A stretch of DNA of 63,378 nucleotides, filler included, from Hausera hauseri (taxonomy: Eukaryota): the NCBI GenBank assembly GCA_046269625.1. It is 12 parts of 12 records of this genome, joined end to end, with 100 filler letters (N's around TTAATTAATTAA, not from the genome) between each part and the next. Parts side by side here need not be neighbours in the genome. Positions count along the whole stretch, not along the records: positions 37,412 to 41,982 come from JBJURY010523348.1; positions 42,083 to 47,603 come from JBJURY010237184.1; positions 47,704 to 52,792 come from JBJURY010339713.1; 9 more parts are not named here. One strand, 5' to 3'. Below, piece by piece: positions 39,070 through 51,500 of this stretch; position 1 is the stretch's first letter; every line of letters starts with the position of its first letter. Both the position numbers and the translations under genes were made by a program. The notes beneath the pieces are model-generated. The model searched no databases. It saw nothing but the letters and a program-made list of their open reading frames with translations, and was not told the origin of the DNA.

Positions 39070-39232
39070 CTAAAAGCAACATAGTTAAATCCGATTACTC
39101 AATTCTATTTAATTTCTTCATATTCTTAATGCCATTTACTAATCTGATACCCAAATTATTCTTTTCTTTTACTTGCGTTATTCAATTAATTTCCCTATTC
39201 CAAGTCAATTCACAACATTTATTAATCAACTA

Positions 39233-39522
39233 TCATAAGGGCATATAAACCAGCCCATTAGGTCCAAACACATACAAGTCATTTGGATCCTCCTCTATTT
39301 CAGTCTCTTGTTCATTTTCCTCTTCATCTGGGATCACCACTACGGTGGTTCCCCAACACTGGTATGATGTGATTTTTCTTCTACAGAACGGGCACGACTG
39401 GTTTTTTGCTAACCATCTATCTGCGCAGTGGGTGCACATTATATGAGTGCATCTGAATAATGCATATTTCCTTCCTAGTGCTCCAAAACATATATCGCAC
39501 TGTGCTGATTCATATTGATCAC
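39233..39522 (-). CDS. RING-HC protein with acidic tail, cassette 1 (no in-frame ATG before the RING)
   Basis: QCDICFGALGRKYALFRCTHIMCTHCADRWLAKNQSCPFCRR...DEEENEQETEIEED. Confidence 0.8.
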
Positions 39523-39686
39523 CTCAAATTATCTGGGATAATAAATTTATTATTATTCTAAGTGCATTTTACATTAGAGTGAAATTTGCTTACTCAACTA
39601 TTCGTTAATTTTGGCATTTTTAAGGATATATCCTAATATTTTGTTCTCTAAATCGGAGTTCTTCGTGTTCTTCACATCATTGTGCT

Positions 39687-39703
39687 CCTCACTCGGGGCA
39701 CCA
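39687..39703 (-). promoter_or_regulatory. Retrotransposon primer-binding site complementary to elongator tRNA-Met
   Basis: Minus-strand TGGTGCCCCGAGTGAGG is the complement of ...CCTCACTCGGGGCA-CCA, the 3' end of animal elongator tRNA-Met. It includes the post-transcriptionally added CCA and lies a few nt after ...CTTAACA and an AATAAA. Confidence 0.8.
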
Positions 39704-39710
39704 GTTTATA

Positions 39711-41982
39711 TGTTAAGTACAGGGGTCGTTTATAGACCTTTATTGCGTACCAACATATAAAATTTGGACTTTACTTAGTTGTAAAGTCATCTTATTCTTC
39801 CTTTCCTCTACTTGATTTCAACCTGAATCGTGAGTTCTTAATGTTTTGGTCATTCGATTTATCATAAAGAGTAAACAGTTGCTTGTAATTTTTACCCTTT
39901 TCATACCTTCTTCATAGGGTATTCGATTACTCATTTTTTAAACATAGATGACATTTACTTCTGATTGATGTTAGAAAAAACGATCTGTATTATTAAAATT
40001 AGAACTCAAGTTAACGTTCATAATTACAGAATTCTAGCCAATATCCGCCTTTGTAGTTTGTATCCGATGTAAATAAAAATTTGAAGGAAACCCCATTGAC
40101 CAAAAACAATTTAAGAATAAAAATTTGAAGGAAACCCTATTGATCAAAACAATTTAAGGAAGGATAATAATAATAATCATAGTTTAAAGAAGGTTGTCAT
40201 AAGTAATCGTTTTGTCTATATTATAATACAAATTATATTAAAAGTATATTCGTGATTTTTGAGGTACTTTGACATAGTTGGGCTGATAAAACATAATACT
40301 GTGAAATGCTTAATATCTGTAAGGGAGAACTAAATAAACTCAATACAATAGAATACTCGGTTCTTAGTGAGGGTAATTACATACGATACTAAAATATAAT
40401 TAATATTCACAAGAGGAACTAAATAAATTAATACCTGAGGTTTACCCGAGTAGCGATGTAGACATAGTTTATTGTAAATTATATTAACACTAGTCATGAA
40501 TACACTTTTTAGGAAGATACCTCAAGAATGAGTATAATTTCGAAGAAAAAACATATATAAAAATAGGTTTTTAAGCTCCATAAAGATAATACTTGATTAT
40601 TCACCATATATTAGATCGCTTCGATTAATAGTTCATGGTTTCAGTTCCATATCCACCCTTAGACTAATTTTCTCAAAATCACTATGCGAGTAGTTCCACA
40701 TACCCATTGAATTCTCCGATTTAAAAAATAATAATTCTCAATCGTTCATAACCCAGGATACTTGTCTAAATGCTGAAATAATCTTAAGTACTCAAATGGA
40801 AGGGATCTATGGTCTTCGATACACATTTCTATATACGTACACTTGTCAACTAATATGGTTACAATTTATCAATCTAAACGTAAATATTTATACTTATTGT
40901 AATCAATTTACATTGCATCATCAAATTCATTACACTAATCTAAATTTCATAAGCATTTCATTTAATACTCGACGGGATACGTTAGATGTCCGTCACACAC
41001 TTGTCACTTTAAGGAATTCTGAATCGATATTAATTCATACTTCATTATACGATTCCCGAACATAAAATGCCTATATTCTGACTATCAATTTCAACCGAAT
41101 CCACATTTTTCTCCGAATTATGGACTACCACAATCCTGAACATTTCTAAATTCTACTGGAAATACCAATATAGTAATTAGTTTACTTTCCAACGTATGGA
41201 AATTCATGCACATCACATTTCTTTCCACACGTATCACAACCATTTATTTTTAGAATACATTTATTGAATGACAAAATTTTACAAATATATTAATAAAATA
41301 TTGCAGCCGGTTGATCAATAATAAATCTCATATTTACCATTAAAATTCTCGTAATTCTCCGGGTCCTTAGTCTCTCTCTCGTCAGCTGAACGATTATTGC
41401 CATTCCTGTTAGCCATGGATGTCGAAGAACATTAATTGATCTACTTGGATATAACTTCTAAACAATGTTTTCCAGATTCTTCGGTCGTCTAACTGTTTTG
41501 TAATTCTCAGCGTTTCAGTAAAAAGTTTTGATGGATCGAGCTACGCAATATCAATAAGACGTAGAAACCAAATGGAAATCGAATCAAATTGAAATCGAGT
41601 AATTTAAGTTCAGGTTCAGTTATGTGTTTTAAGTTATTTATGCCAGGTTTATATAGGATTTTCCGCTGCACTTTCTAGAATCATGCGTATTTTCAGAAAT
41701 CATTCGTCCGATTTCCGAAATCACGCACCATTCATTATTCAATGCGTCGCTCGCTATTATTATGCATCGTTTCCTGTTTTCAAAAATCAGTCACCTGGTT
41801 TTCAAATTCACGTCAAAATCACGTATTATAATTTTCACAATCACGCATCAATCATTATTTTTAATAACAGTCGTCCGATTTTCGAAATCAATTTAATGCG
41901 CCCTTTGAAATGAGCTATTCTTTTATTTCGTATTATTTATCTATTTAACTATTCATTCCTCTTGCTCAACCGACCGCTATTG
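39711..41982 (-). mobile_element. Putative long (>2.2 kb) 5' LTR with TATA box and internal short coding exon
   Basis: Ends in ACA just before the PBS; AATAAA near 39740; CCTATATAAA at 41648-41657; exon 41416-41338 (MANRNGNNRSADERETKDPENYENFN, phase-1 donor GTAAAT). The far boundary is not in the contig. Confidence 0.5.
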
Positions 41983-42082
41983 NNNNNNNNNNNNNNNNNN
42001 NNNNNNNNNNNNNNNNNNNNNNNNNNTTAATTAATTAANNNNNNNNNNNNNNNNNNNNNNNNNNNNNNNNNNNNNNNNNNNN

Positions 42083-42924
42083 AAGGGACCTTGTTTTTGA
42101 TTAATTTTAGGTAACTAGTTGCATTAACTCTGGTACCTGCCTCAAAAAGATGCAATGGTCCAAGCCCTTGGTTAGAATATGCTCCCAGACCATTAATGAT
42201 GTGGGGTGTTTAACGGACCTGATTATAAAATTATGATGAAATCGACTATTTTGGGGCCTTCTGACATAATTATGGTTTCTTCCAAAATGCAAAAATGTGG
42301 TCTCATATGAAAACATTACTTGTTTCCACTGTTCACTTGTCCAACTGAGATACTTCCGACAAAAAATATCCTATCCTTAATATTTTTCGGTCTGCAATGT
42401 ATTTTTGAAGGTTTATGAGCAGTTAACCGAAGATCTTTGGCCAAATGGTGCCTAATACCTCGTTCACTAAACCTAATATCAGGAAACTCAGCTTTTAGTT
42501 TATGTGATGTTATAAGAGGATGTTTCATGACTGCTCTTCTTAGCGTTGTGTCTTCTCTTGAACTTGACTTCCGCGGACTTCCATATCTAGAAAAATCTCT
42601 TACACTCCCTTTTACCAAATTCTTTCTTGGAATCCTGCACACTGATGTCTGTTAAATCTTTAATTTATTTGATATATCTGCTTGTTTATACCCTTCTTCA
42701 TTTAAAACTACCACTTTTGCTTTATCTACAATAGAAATTCGTTTTCTAGAAGTCATATTAATAAACATTTAAATATGCCGCACATTCCTGATATTTGTTT
42801 ACGCAGAAAAACAACTTTCAATTATTATAATTATGATTCATGCCGAAGTAAGTTAATTATAGCATTCGATTCGTTAATTTTTAGTATTTTTGGCAATTAT
42901 GCATGACTTTTTGTCACGATTGTA
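42083..42924 (-). mobile_element. Tc1-family transposon, 5' TIR and decayed transposase
   Basis: End TACAATCGTGACAAAAAG; ATG at 42756; HTH, GSPRKSSSREDTTLRRAV, FSYETTF (first catalytic D region), VKHPTSLMVW. Confidence 0.85.
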
Positions 42925-43017
42925 CATGCATAAACTGACATCTTGATTGCATGACAGTAGTAGGTTATTAATATCCTTATTGAGACAATAATAGATCGCA
43001 TTTTATATTTATAGGTC

Positions 43018-43290
43018 ATGGGGAAACAGAAGCAATTGTCTGCAATAATTAAAGAAAAGATCATCACACTAAGTCAGCACAAAACTAAGTCACAACAAGA
43101 AATTGTCACAGAGTACGATGTTTTCCAAAAATCCGTTTCTCGAATACAACATAAGCATCGATAGAATGTCTCCCAGGAGGTGCAACCACGGGCTGGACGT
43201 CCTCAATGCACAACTGTCACCAAAGACAGAAACATTGGAAGGGAGGTGAAAAAAACACTTGTATCAGCTTCTCAAATCTAGACAAGTATG
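43018..43290 (+). mobile_element. Tc1-family transposase N-terminal fragment
   Basis: MGKQKQLSAIIKEKIITL...SQQEIV...SVSRI...PRAGRPQCTT...DR (paired-like HTH and GRPR motif). Confidence 0.7.
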
Positions 43291-43689
43291 ACGACTTTAT
43301 TGGACAATGTTGCCATTCGCACAATTTCGATAAATACATTGACTTTTTTATTTTGAATCAAAACATGCTTGTATTGACACGGTTGTAGGCGCAGCCTCCT
43401 TCTTTTGGTGTGTTGCCAAGCATGGCATGTCGCCAAGTTGACGCTAGTTTTGAGGTTTGGCCATCGCCTGGAGTTGGCTGTTTGTCTGTAGTAAAGCGAT
43501 CAATTTCCAAAACTATTTCTCGTCAGGATAGTAATACACTAAGAAGTAATCCTGATACTAATAAGTGCCCACGAAATAGATATAATGGAATGGCAAACGT
43601 TTTATTATAACAAAAAACGGTTCTTTAACATATGCGGAAACGAAATGATCAGATTATCATCAATGTAAGGGTGTGCAAACGTAAAATAT

Positions 43690-46398
43690 GAGGGAATTGA
43701 GTCGATATGTCGCTGAAAAGTCTTGGCGGCATTGCGTAAACCGAATGGCATTAAAAGAGCTCGTAAAGGCCAAAAGGAGAAGTGACAGCAGTTTTTTCTA
43801 TGTCTTCGGGTGCCACCGGTATTTGGTGGTATGCTTTGGCTAAATCAATGGTCGAATAAATGGTAGTTGAATTAAGGCGATGCAAAATATCCTTGACGAG
43901 TGGTAAGAGGTACGCATCAATGATTGTCAAGTTGTTCAACTAATTGTAGTTACCGCATGGTCTAAACATACCGTCCTTTTTTAATACGACGTGTAAGGTT
44001 GACGACCAAGGAGATTTGGAACGGCGTACAATTCCGGAACGTTCTAGTTCAAGAAATTCGGCTTCTGCAGCCTGTCTACGACGAGGTGACAGTGGTCGTA
44101 CCTTTTGGCGTATTGGTAGTTGATGCTGTGTAATTATGTAATGTACAGTGCTGTTTTAGGGGTAAACGAACGATCTTTTTGAAGTACGCGTGGACATGAT
44201 GTGGTAACGAATTGCTGTAAAGTTGTAGGCAACTGTGGTAGATTCGGTGATGATTGTGAAACAGCTAGAGTAGTAGCGGATGCGATTTGTAAAATGTTTT
44301 GTGATGTGCAGTCAAGTGGTATTTGATGTAAGATGGTCGAATTGAAAATGGTGTTGGATGAAGTCATTTCGTCGAGTGAATGAACATAGGTGACAGTTCC
44401 ACAAATATCGAAATCGAATATCAATATTATTATTTAAAAGTTTACGAATTGAATTATTGTTATGGAAATTCGAATTATTTATTGATTTTCCCAAAATTGA
44501 CTTCGGTGTCTCGATCGACTGCACGGTAGTCGAAATGCTACTGACATGCTCAGCAATTCCGCCAGTGATGCCGCTCCTCAGACATCGTTGACTGCAGTCA
44601 ACCAGTAAATTATAATGTGATAAAAAATCGGACCCTAGAATTGCTGTCTGGACGTTAGCCACTGTAAACGTCCAGTGGAAAGGGGAAGGAAATTTTGGTA
44701 AAATGAAGGATAATTTAGCCGTACCAGAAATGCGCAGCGGTTGACCTGAAGCGGTGTATAAGGGTTTAATTCTGAATGGTGAATTTTGTACAAAAAAAGA
44801 TTGTAGTAATAAGGAAATCGCTGCACCTGTATAAATAAGAAAATCAACGGATTGCATTGTAGGAGCGGTTATTGGAGCCTTTAGAGTAAAAACAGCAACA
44901 GAGGCGTGTCGGCATTCAGAAAGTGAAGTAGTGCTTTTGCCATAGTTTGCCGTGACTTCTGGCGGCAAATTTATTTTTTCTAAAAAGAGGAACTAAGATG
45001 ACTATTAGAAGAAAAGGTAGTACATCCGTCGTTCGTATCTGGTTTGAAAGTGCAGTCTTGAATGCATTTATGGACTTGATTTTTAAACTTTGCGTGGTAA
45101 ATGCAAACAACGGTATCTGAAGAAAAACTTTTGTTGTAAAGTTTGCACCCAAGGCAGCATTTCTTGGCATTCTTATTGAATCTGCTGTGATAATAGCAAA
45201 TTGACGATCGAGCAGGCAATGGTGACCGGTTTCTAGATGCAGAAGGGGCGCAGTCAGCAGCAAAATTCCTTCGCCGGGACAGGAAAAACTCGTTTAATTT
45301 GTTGTTTATATTGTTAATTGTTGCTTATAGTGCTGTATTTTCGGCACGTAGCTGATTTAGTTGTTGTTCTATTGATGTGTTATTGTTTTGCATAACGATA
45401 GTGGCAACTGCCGCCGAAACGACTGGTGGGAATTTAAGTGTAAAACATCGTGTGTCTTGTCTGCTAATTCGGCCAATTTATCAAGGGCCGTGGAGTCTTC
45501 CACCACGGTAAGTAGGGCCCGAATTTGGATTGGTAAGGCGTTAAGAAAGTAGTGACGCAGTAGTTATGGATTTTGTTCTTTAGTGACGCCGAGAATGTGC
45601 AAATGTGCCAAAGATGTGAGTAAAAATTCTGATGGTCGTTGTGTGCCTATAGCATTGTCCTGGAAGAAGCGTTGGATGATGGTGTCCATTGACGGTTCTG
45701 TGGTTTTAAGAACAGCGTTGGAGAGCTCTGAGTATGGGTCAGGAAGTTCAAAGATTTCAAGGATGTTGTGAATTTGTGTTTTAATGTTGTTAGGAAGTAA
45801 GAAGAGGAGATTGTGTGTTTTGGTTAAGGGGTAGGTGATATTGTTTGCCTGTAGCCGCAGTTGATTGAATTGGAACCAAATAGCCTTGGTTGTTAATGAA
45901 GAATTCGGTGCAATTAGGGAAAGGAGCGGAAGAGGTAGGAGGTGAAGTATTATTGGTGGAAGCAGGAGTGGGTTTTTGAAGTAGTATGACAGATTTTGGT
46001 TTCGTGGCGGTTTTATCCGTGGTGCTTATCGTGGGTGATAAATTCATGCCATCACGGATGCGGAAGTGTATGTGGATGTGAATATAAGTTGAAGAAGGTT
46101 GCAGAGTCCCAAAGAGAGGTATCATGGAGCCGTGGCGTGAGATAAAAGTCAGGTGAGCGAAGAAAAGTGGAGATGTTGTATATAGCCGCAGTGTTTAAGT
46201 CTGTTAATGCATTCGTGCAAATGTTTATTATTTCAAAAAAAGAAAAGGAAATATATGGAGAGGTCGTGTAGCCGGAGTCGTGTTGTGGTGCGTTAGCGAA
46301 CAGTGTGCCTTACCCAATGGTATAGGGTGGGTGGCCGGGACTTCAGCCTCGCCGCAGCGGATCGCCAACTTTGGGGTAGCCGAGGTTTCCGCATGCCA
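43690..46398 (-). mobile_element. Ty3/Gypsy retrotransposon of the CsRN1/Kabuki type (LTR, gag, protease, truncated RT)
   Basis: Gag with two CHCC-type motifs (CYYHSRFNKNAKKCCLGC, CIYHAKFKNQVHKCIQDC); protease FLIYTGAAISLL...ILGSDFL; RT RPCGNY...IDLAKAYHQIPVAPEDIEKTAVTSPFGLYE; short LTR-like segment about 46192-46398 with AATAAA. Confidence 0.85.
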
Positions 46399-47600
46399 TG
46401 TTTCTTCATCGGTCACTCCATGTTCACTATGCAACAAGTCCATTTTACAGACCAATGACGAATTGTGCGCATAATCCATTCGCAGTGGATCCGCCTCAAC
46501 GATTACGGTAAACTCTGGTTTATTACTCAATGAAATAATTTTCTCATAAACACTAAATAATGTACGAATTGCCCGAATTGTCATTTCCTCTGCCATTCCT
46601 TCAATCATTGCTCGTAAATAGTATTTCCCTGACAACATATCACTAAATTGAAATTTCCCATCATTATTCTTGAATCCATTTTGGCGGAAATCATCACCAA
46701 TCATCGACAATAAAATACACGACACCGGTTTACCCATATTGTTATGGACGACCGTCACAATCAATTCTGCTAATTTGTATGCTGTGTATTTGTGTGATTC
46801 GCCTATCTGAACGAATTTGTATCCGAATTTCATAAAGACAAGTTCGTATTGGAAAGTCGAATTCGACGGACCCAATTTAAAATGGTCACTGTTATCAGAT
46901 AATGTCGATCCAATAACGATACGAATATCCTCATCAAAATTCGATTTCTTATAAACGTCGATAATTACATTTTCTACACGCTGTTCAATATTTCCTTCAA
47001 TAAATGTCCCCTTCTCCAATACAAATATACATTTTATCGTGTCCATGGCAACATCGAATGTTAACTTATTTGGCGTACATAAAAATATCGATGATTTCAA
47101 CGAAATTTCTGCCGGAATATTTGGCAATATCCGGAATTGGAATTGACCTGTCAAATTTGCCATGCATTCAACATCAATTTCTACAGAATCCAATTCACCA
47201 ATTCGTACCAATCCTCGGATATCCGATTTCTCAATATGAATAACTGACGAATTATCGACGAATGTCAAATCGACTCGCAGATGAAATTATTTAACGTTAA
47301 TTTTTAAATCACATTCGCCATTATTATAATTAAATTGATACGGACACAATTCATTCGTATCGACAAATTGAATTTCGTTATCAACTCAATGACAAGTCTC
47401 GATTTTTAGTTCGTGTGTGCCAACATTCGGTAAACAGATTTTCGATAATCCTCTGGGGATTTGTAATAAATCAATAAACAATTTTTAGTTGTTGTCATTA
47501 GCGATATATTAATAATAATGAATATTGATGAGATGGAATGACGAAATGGGCAGCTAGAATCCAATTTTCTCAAATACAAGACCAAAGTCGACATCCTCAT
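46399..47600 (-). pseudogene. NOMO: Nodal modulator (NOMO) fragment interrupted by the Gypsy LTR
   Basis: FVLEKGTFIEG...GP....YEL...K.GYKF...FTAYKLAE-like, LLSMIGDDFRQN...GKFQFSDMLSGKYYLRAM...FSVY.KIISLSNKPE..VIVEA. Homology stops at HGVTDEET where the LTR begins. Confidence 0.75.
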
Positions 47601-48141
47601 CAANNNNNNNNNNNNNNNNNNNNNNNNNNNNNNNNNNNNNNNNNNNNTTAATTAATTAANNNNNNNNNNNNNNNNNNNNNNNNNNNNNNNNNNNNNNNNN
47701 NNNAATCATATTGCAATATTGTTTCAAACAAATTTCATCTGCTGACTGCCACGTAGGAATGTAATCCGTCTGACCACCACCAACACCACTACCAAAATTG
47801 GTCATAAATTGTACTTAACGAGGATTATCGTCCAACGCATAACAATCAGCCATTTATTTATATGTGCAAAAAATCTTACAAAATAAAAATTCCATATCAC
47901 GAGCAACCTGCTTTATATGGCGTAAGTAGAGTTGTCATGCCCTCCAATTCTGCTGGGCAAGTAGGAGTAGCTCTTCAGGAGGCAAATACCGAGCATTGTC
48001 CAAAGGCCGATNNNNNNNNNNAGTATAATCTTATGGGAAAGAAGCACAAGAATTTATACTCCAATGTAGCTTGAACACACACACAAAATAAATTGCGTTA
48101 GTACATAAAAACAAACACGTAGCCAAAAAGTACAAATGTGG

Positions 48142-48417
48142 TTAAATACGGTTAATCAACTTTTTCATTACAATACAAAGCGAAGCCGTAAATATAAGTC
48201 CAATGAGGAAATTAATACGTTGTTGTTGTTTCCGTTTTCGTCTCATTTCATCCTCGATACGTTTTACGAAGAGCGATCTGACTATTAATTCAATGTACTC
48301 TCGCATGCTCATTATTTTAGTTTCTGCGAGCTCATATAAAAACTGTAGATCAAACACATGTCCCGTCATTATATCATCGGTCAATCTTTGAATCTCACTT
48401 TCAATGTACTGCTCCAT
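48142..48417 (-). CDS. Small Polinton ORF with C-terminal hydrophobic helix, divergent from PolB (copy C)
   Basis: MEQYIESEIQRLTDDIM...RRKRKQQQRINFLIGLIFTASLCIVMKK; homologous to 27201-27401. Confidence 0.65.
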   Translation of the reverse strand: MEQYIESEIQRLTDDIMTGHVFDLQFLYELAETKIMSMREYIELIVRSLFVKRIEDEMRRKRKQQQRINFLIGLIFTASLCIVMKKLINRI

Positions 48418-48567
48418 TTGATTAGTAGTAGTAGTAGAAGTATGGGGAACAAATGTTTATAACAGAGTAAGGCAATTTCACGACTATTCGGGTTATATTT
48501 AATGCTTATGTATTTTAATTTATTTATAATTTTAATCTATTTTAAAAGTTAATTTGTTTAAATTTAG

Positions 48568-51500
48568 AAATGCAAGCAATATTCCATGTATTGCCTCTCT
48601 CGTATACATGCGAAGGGGGATCAGTACCATCAGCAGATGGCGAAATATTACAAAATTGGCACGGACACGTATTTGTGTCCAATGTGTAATATTCCAACTT
48701 TATATCCGCACCCCAATTTTATGTGATGCACAAGCATCTTCTCGGACCGTTTACTCTCTCTACGAAGAAGATGATGGTTGAGCATTGACCCACATACCCA
48801 CACTACTGCACTAATAAAGTGCACAACATTAGTGGCTGTCATAGTGCAATGGAGGTGTATTATGGCACCACAACGCTGCACAAAAAGCGGGCCTATGTTT
48901 GTCTCGTTTGTTGTTCTATAGTTGCTGAAATCAACTGTGAACAATTTTATAACCAGCACAAGGACCACTTAAACCAGTTTAAGCGGTCGAAAAAACAACT
49001 AGTTATAAACTCAACTAAAATCAGAAGCAGCAGCAGCATCCCCTCAACAACCAGTAGAAAACGTCAGCCCTCAACAATTCTTGACGACTTAATCAGAAAC
49101 AGTACCGAGCAGCAGCAGCATCAATAACAACAAGAAGAACAGGAGCAACAGGAAGCCAATATTCCAAATATTACAGTCAAATACGATCTGAACAAATCGT
49201 ACGTGGACATAAAAGCGAACATATCGGCGAAATCAACAACGCAATTGAGACATGTCCCTCAAAATGTGCGCAACCGATTGGAATCCGAAGTGGTGAAATT
49301 CAAACACCACCACTGCAAAGTGCAATATTATGCACTTGTGGAATATGAAAATCTGCAGGGTGACAGGGAATCATGATACCTATCACATCAAGCCGAATCG
49401 TATTCCAACGATTTTATTGCCGACGTAGGCGAAAAGCTCGACGAAAAAATCGCCAACTATACCGAAAAGGGTCGTGGCTTTCGAATTGTAAAAATTGTAA
49501 CTCTCGGCTTTATCATAACAAAGTCGTGTTATATAATTTACCTATCCGGGCGATCATTCATACGACACCTGCAGCTCTGAAGCAGTCTCCCATGGTGGTG
49601 AATGTGCAAAACAAGAACGATTAATACTGTTTTCTTTACAGTATTCTGATTGTATTAAAATATGACGAAGTGGACAGAAAATATGCTAATCATCAAAGTC
49701 AGTATCGGCAGTATTTTTCCAAATTGGATTTCGATGAAAGCTGGATGTCGATGAAACTAAAAACCATTCCGACGTTTGAACGGCGTAAGCTGACGCTGTC
49801 AATCAACGTTTTCCGGTAAAACTCAATAGTTGAAATACCGGTAGATGAAGAAATCTATAAGAATCCCCATATGGATATAATCTATGGAACCCGAAATCCA
49901 AACTGACGCCCGGTAAATGTGTTACTGTTGGAGCGGGTGGAAAAGTATCATTATGTGGCCGTGACAAATTTGGATAGATTGCTGAATATAGATCATGATC
50001 AGTTTATCAAAAAACAAATACAATGCAAATGGTGTCCTGTGTGTCTGCACGGCCTCAGATTACAAACTTCATGGGAAAAGCATATGACGTTGTGCAAACA
50101 AAATGCAACAGGAACAACAATGTATGTCATGCCAGTAAATAGGAGCTGAGGTTCCGTGATTGGTAGAAAACTGACTGTCCGGCATACGTTGTATATGCTG
50201 ATATTGAGGCAATCCTACAACAGCACAACGTATATGATCAAAAACATTCCAATTGCCGTTGGCATGCTGGTTGTCCCAATAAAAGCTGCAGGTCAACCGC
50301 AGTATTACGTTTTTCATGGCTGAAACTGCGTATGCGATTTCCTGCATCAGTTGAAAACGATAGTAGAAACGGAAGTCGCAACCTAGTACAATAGAATTAG
50401 CAATAAACCCTTGATGTGGACAGATAAATATAAACCAATGATGATTGCAGCCACCGATAAATGTTACCTATGCCACAAAATATTACCGTTCAATGCACTG
50501 GAACAACTCATACCGGATCACGATAATTTTACCCGTCGATACTTGGGAGCATCATGCAATTCATGCAATTTGGCAAGGCGTGTGCGCCAATTCGTAGCTG
50601 TAATTTATCATAACTTCAGGGGTTATGATTGTCACCATATTTTGAAATGGGCAATAAACGGATTTTCGCATTGGGAACTGTCCATAATTCCGACTACGAT
50701 GGAGAAATACCTGTCACTGTTTGTTCGTATAAACCGATTCCAGGCAGGCTTCCTCGACTCATTGCAATTTCTCAATGAATTATTGGCAAAGCTGGTAAAT
50801 GCCTTGGTAGATGTGCCGCTAACAATGACTCAGTTCTCTGTACACATTGTGTGCAACAAAGGCATATTCCAGTATAACTTTGCAATATCGTACGAGCTGC
50901 TCCAGATGACAGACGAATTACCATCGCAATGGACCGGTATCACAGAAGAAGAATATCACAAAGCACAATTGTTTTGGGCAGAGCTCGGTTGCGGAAACCT
51001 ATTGGAGTACATGCCTCAGTATCTGAAATCGGACGTAGACCTGTTAGCCTGTGTTGCAGACATTTCGAGCTAAAGCATTGGCAGAAGATATGCTGGAGTC
51101 ACTCAACTTCTATTCAATAGCCGGAATGAGTTAAGCATCAGCTCTGATGTCACTGGATCAAAATATCGAACTGCTGAAAGACCCAGAAATGTACCGAATG
51201 TTTGATGTTGGTATTCGTGGCGGCATGACATTTGTCAACAAGCACCATGTAACCAGTGATCATATCACATCACTGTTGTATATCGATATTAATAACCTGT
51301 ACGGTTGGGCACTTTCACAACCCTTGCTGTACGGTTCATTCGAATGGATAGTCGACAAACAGGATTAGGACAGAATACTGGAAAATCTGCCGACAGCAGA
51401 CACGACAGCAGAAAACAGCTCAATCGAATACTTGATGGAGGTCGATCTCCTGGTACCGAAGGAGTTGCATGACTTTTTGGATGAACTGCCGGTCGCACCA

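Noticed and set aside
37412-39522. Endogenous baculovirus or nudivirus fragment (IAP plus RING genes)
   Set aside because: No core viral genes are present; splice acceptors, missing ATGs and the upstream PBS fit a retroelement better. Not fully excluded.
39687-39703. tRNA-Met gene
   Set aside because: Only the 3' 17 nt match, including CCA; there is no cloverleaf or A box. Interpreted as a PBS.
35250-41982. Treating the env-like gene and the BIR/RING array as one element
   Set aside because: They are separated by a linker and lie on opposite strands, so linkage cannot be inferred here.
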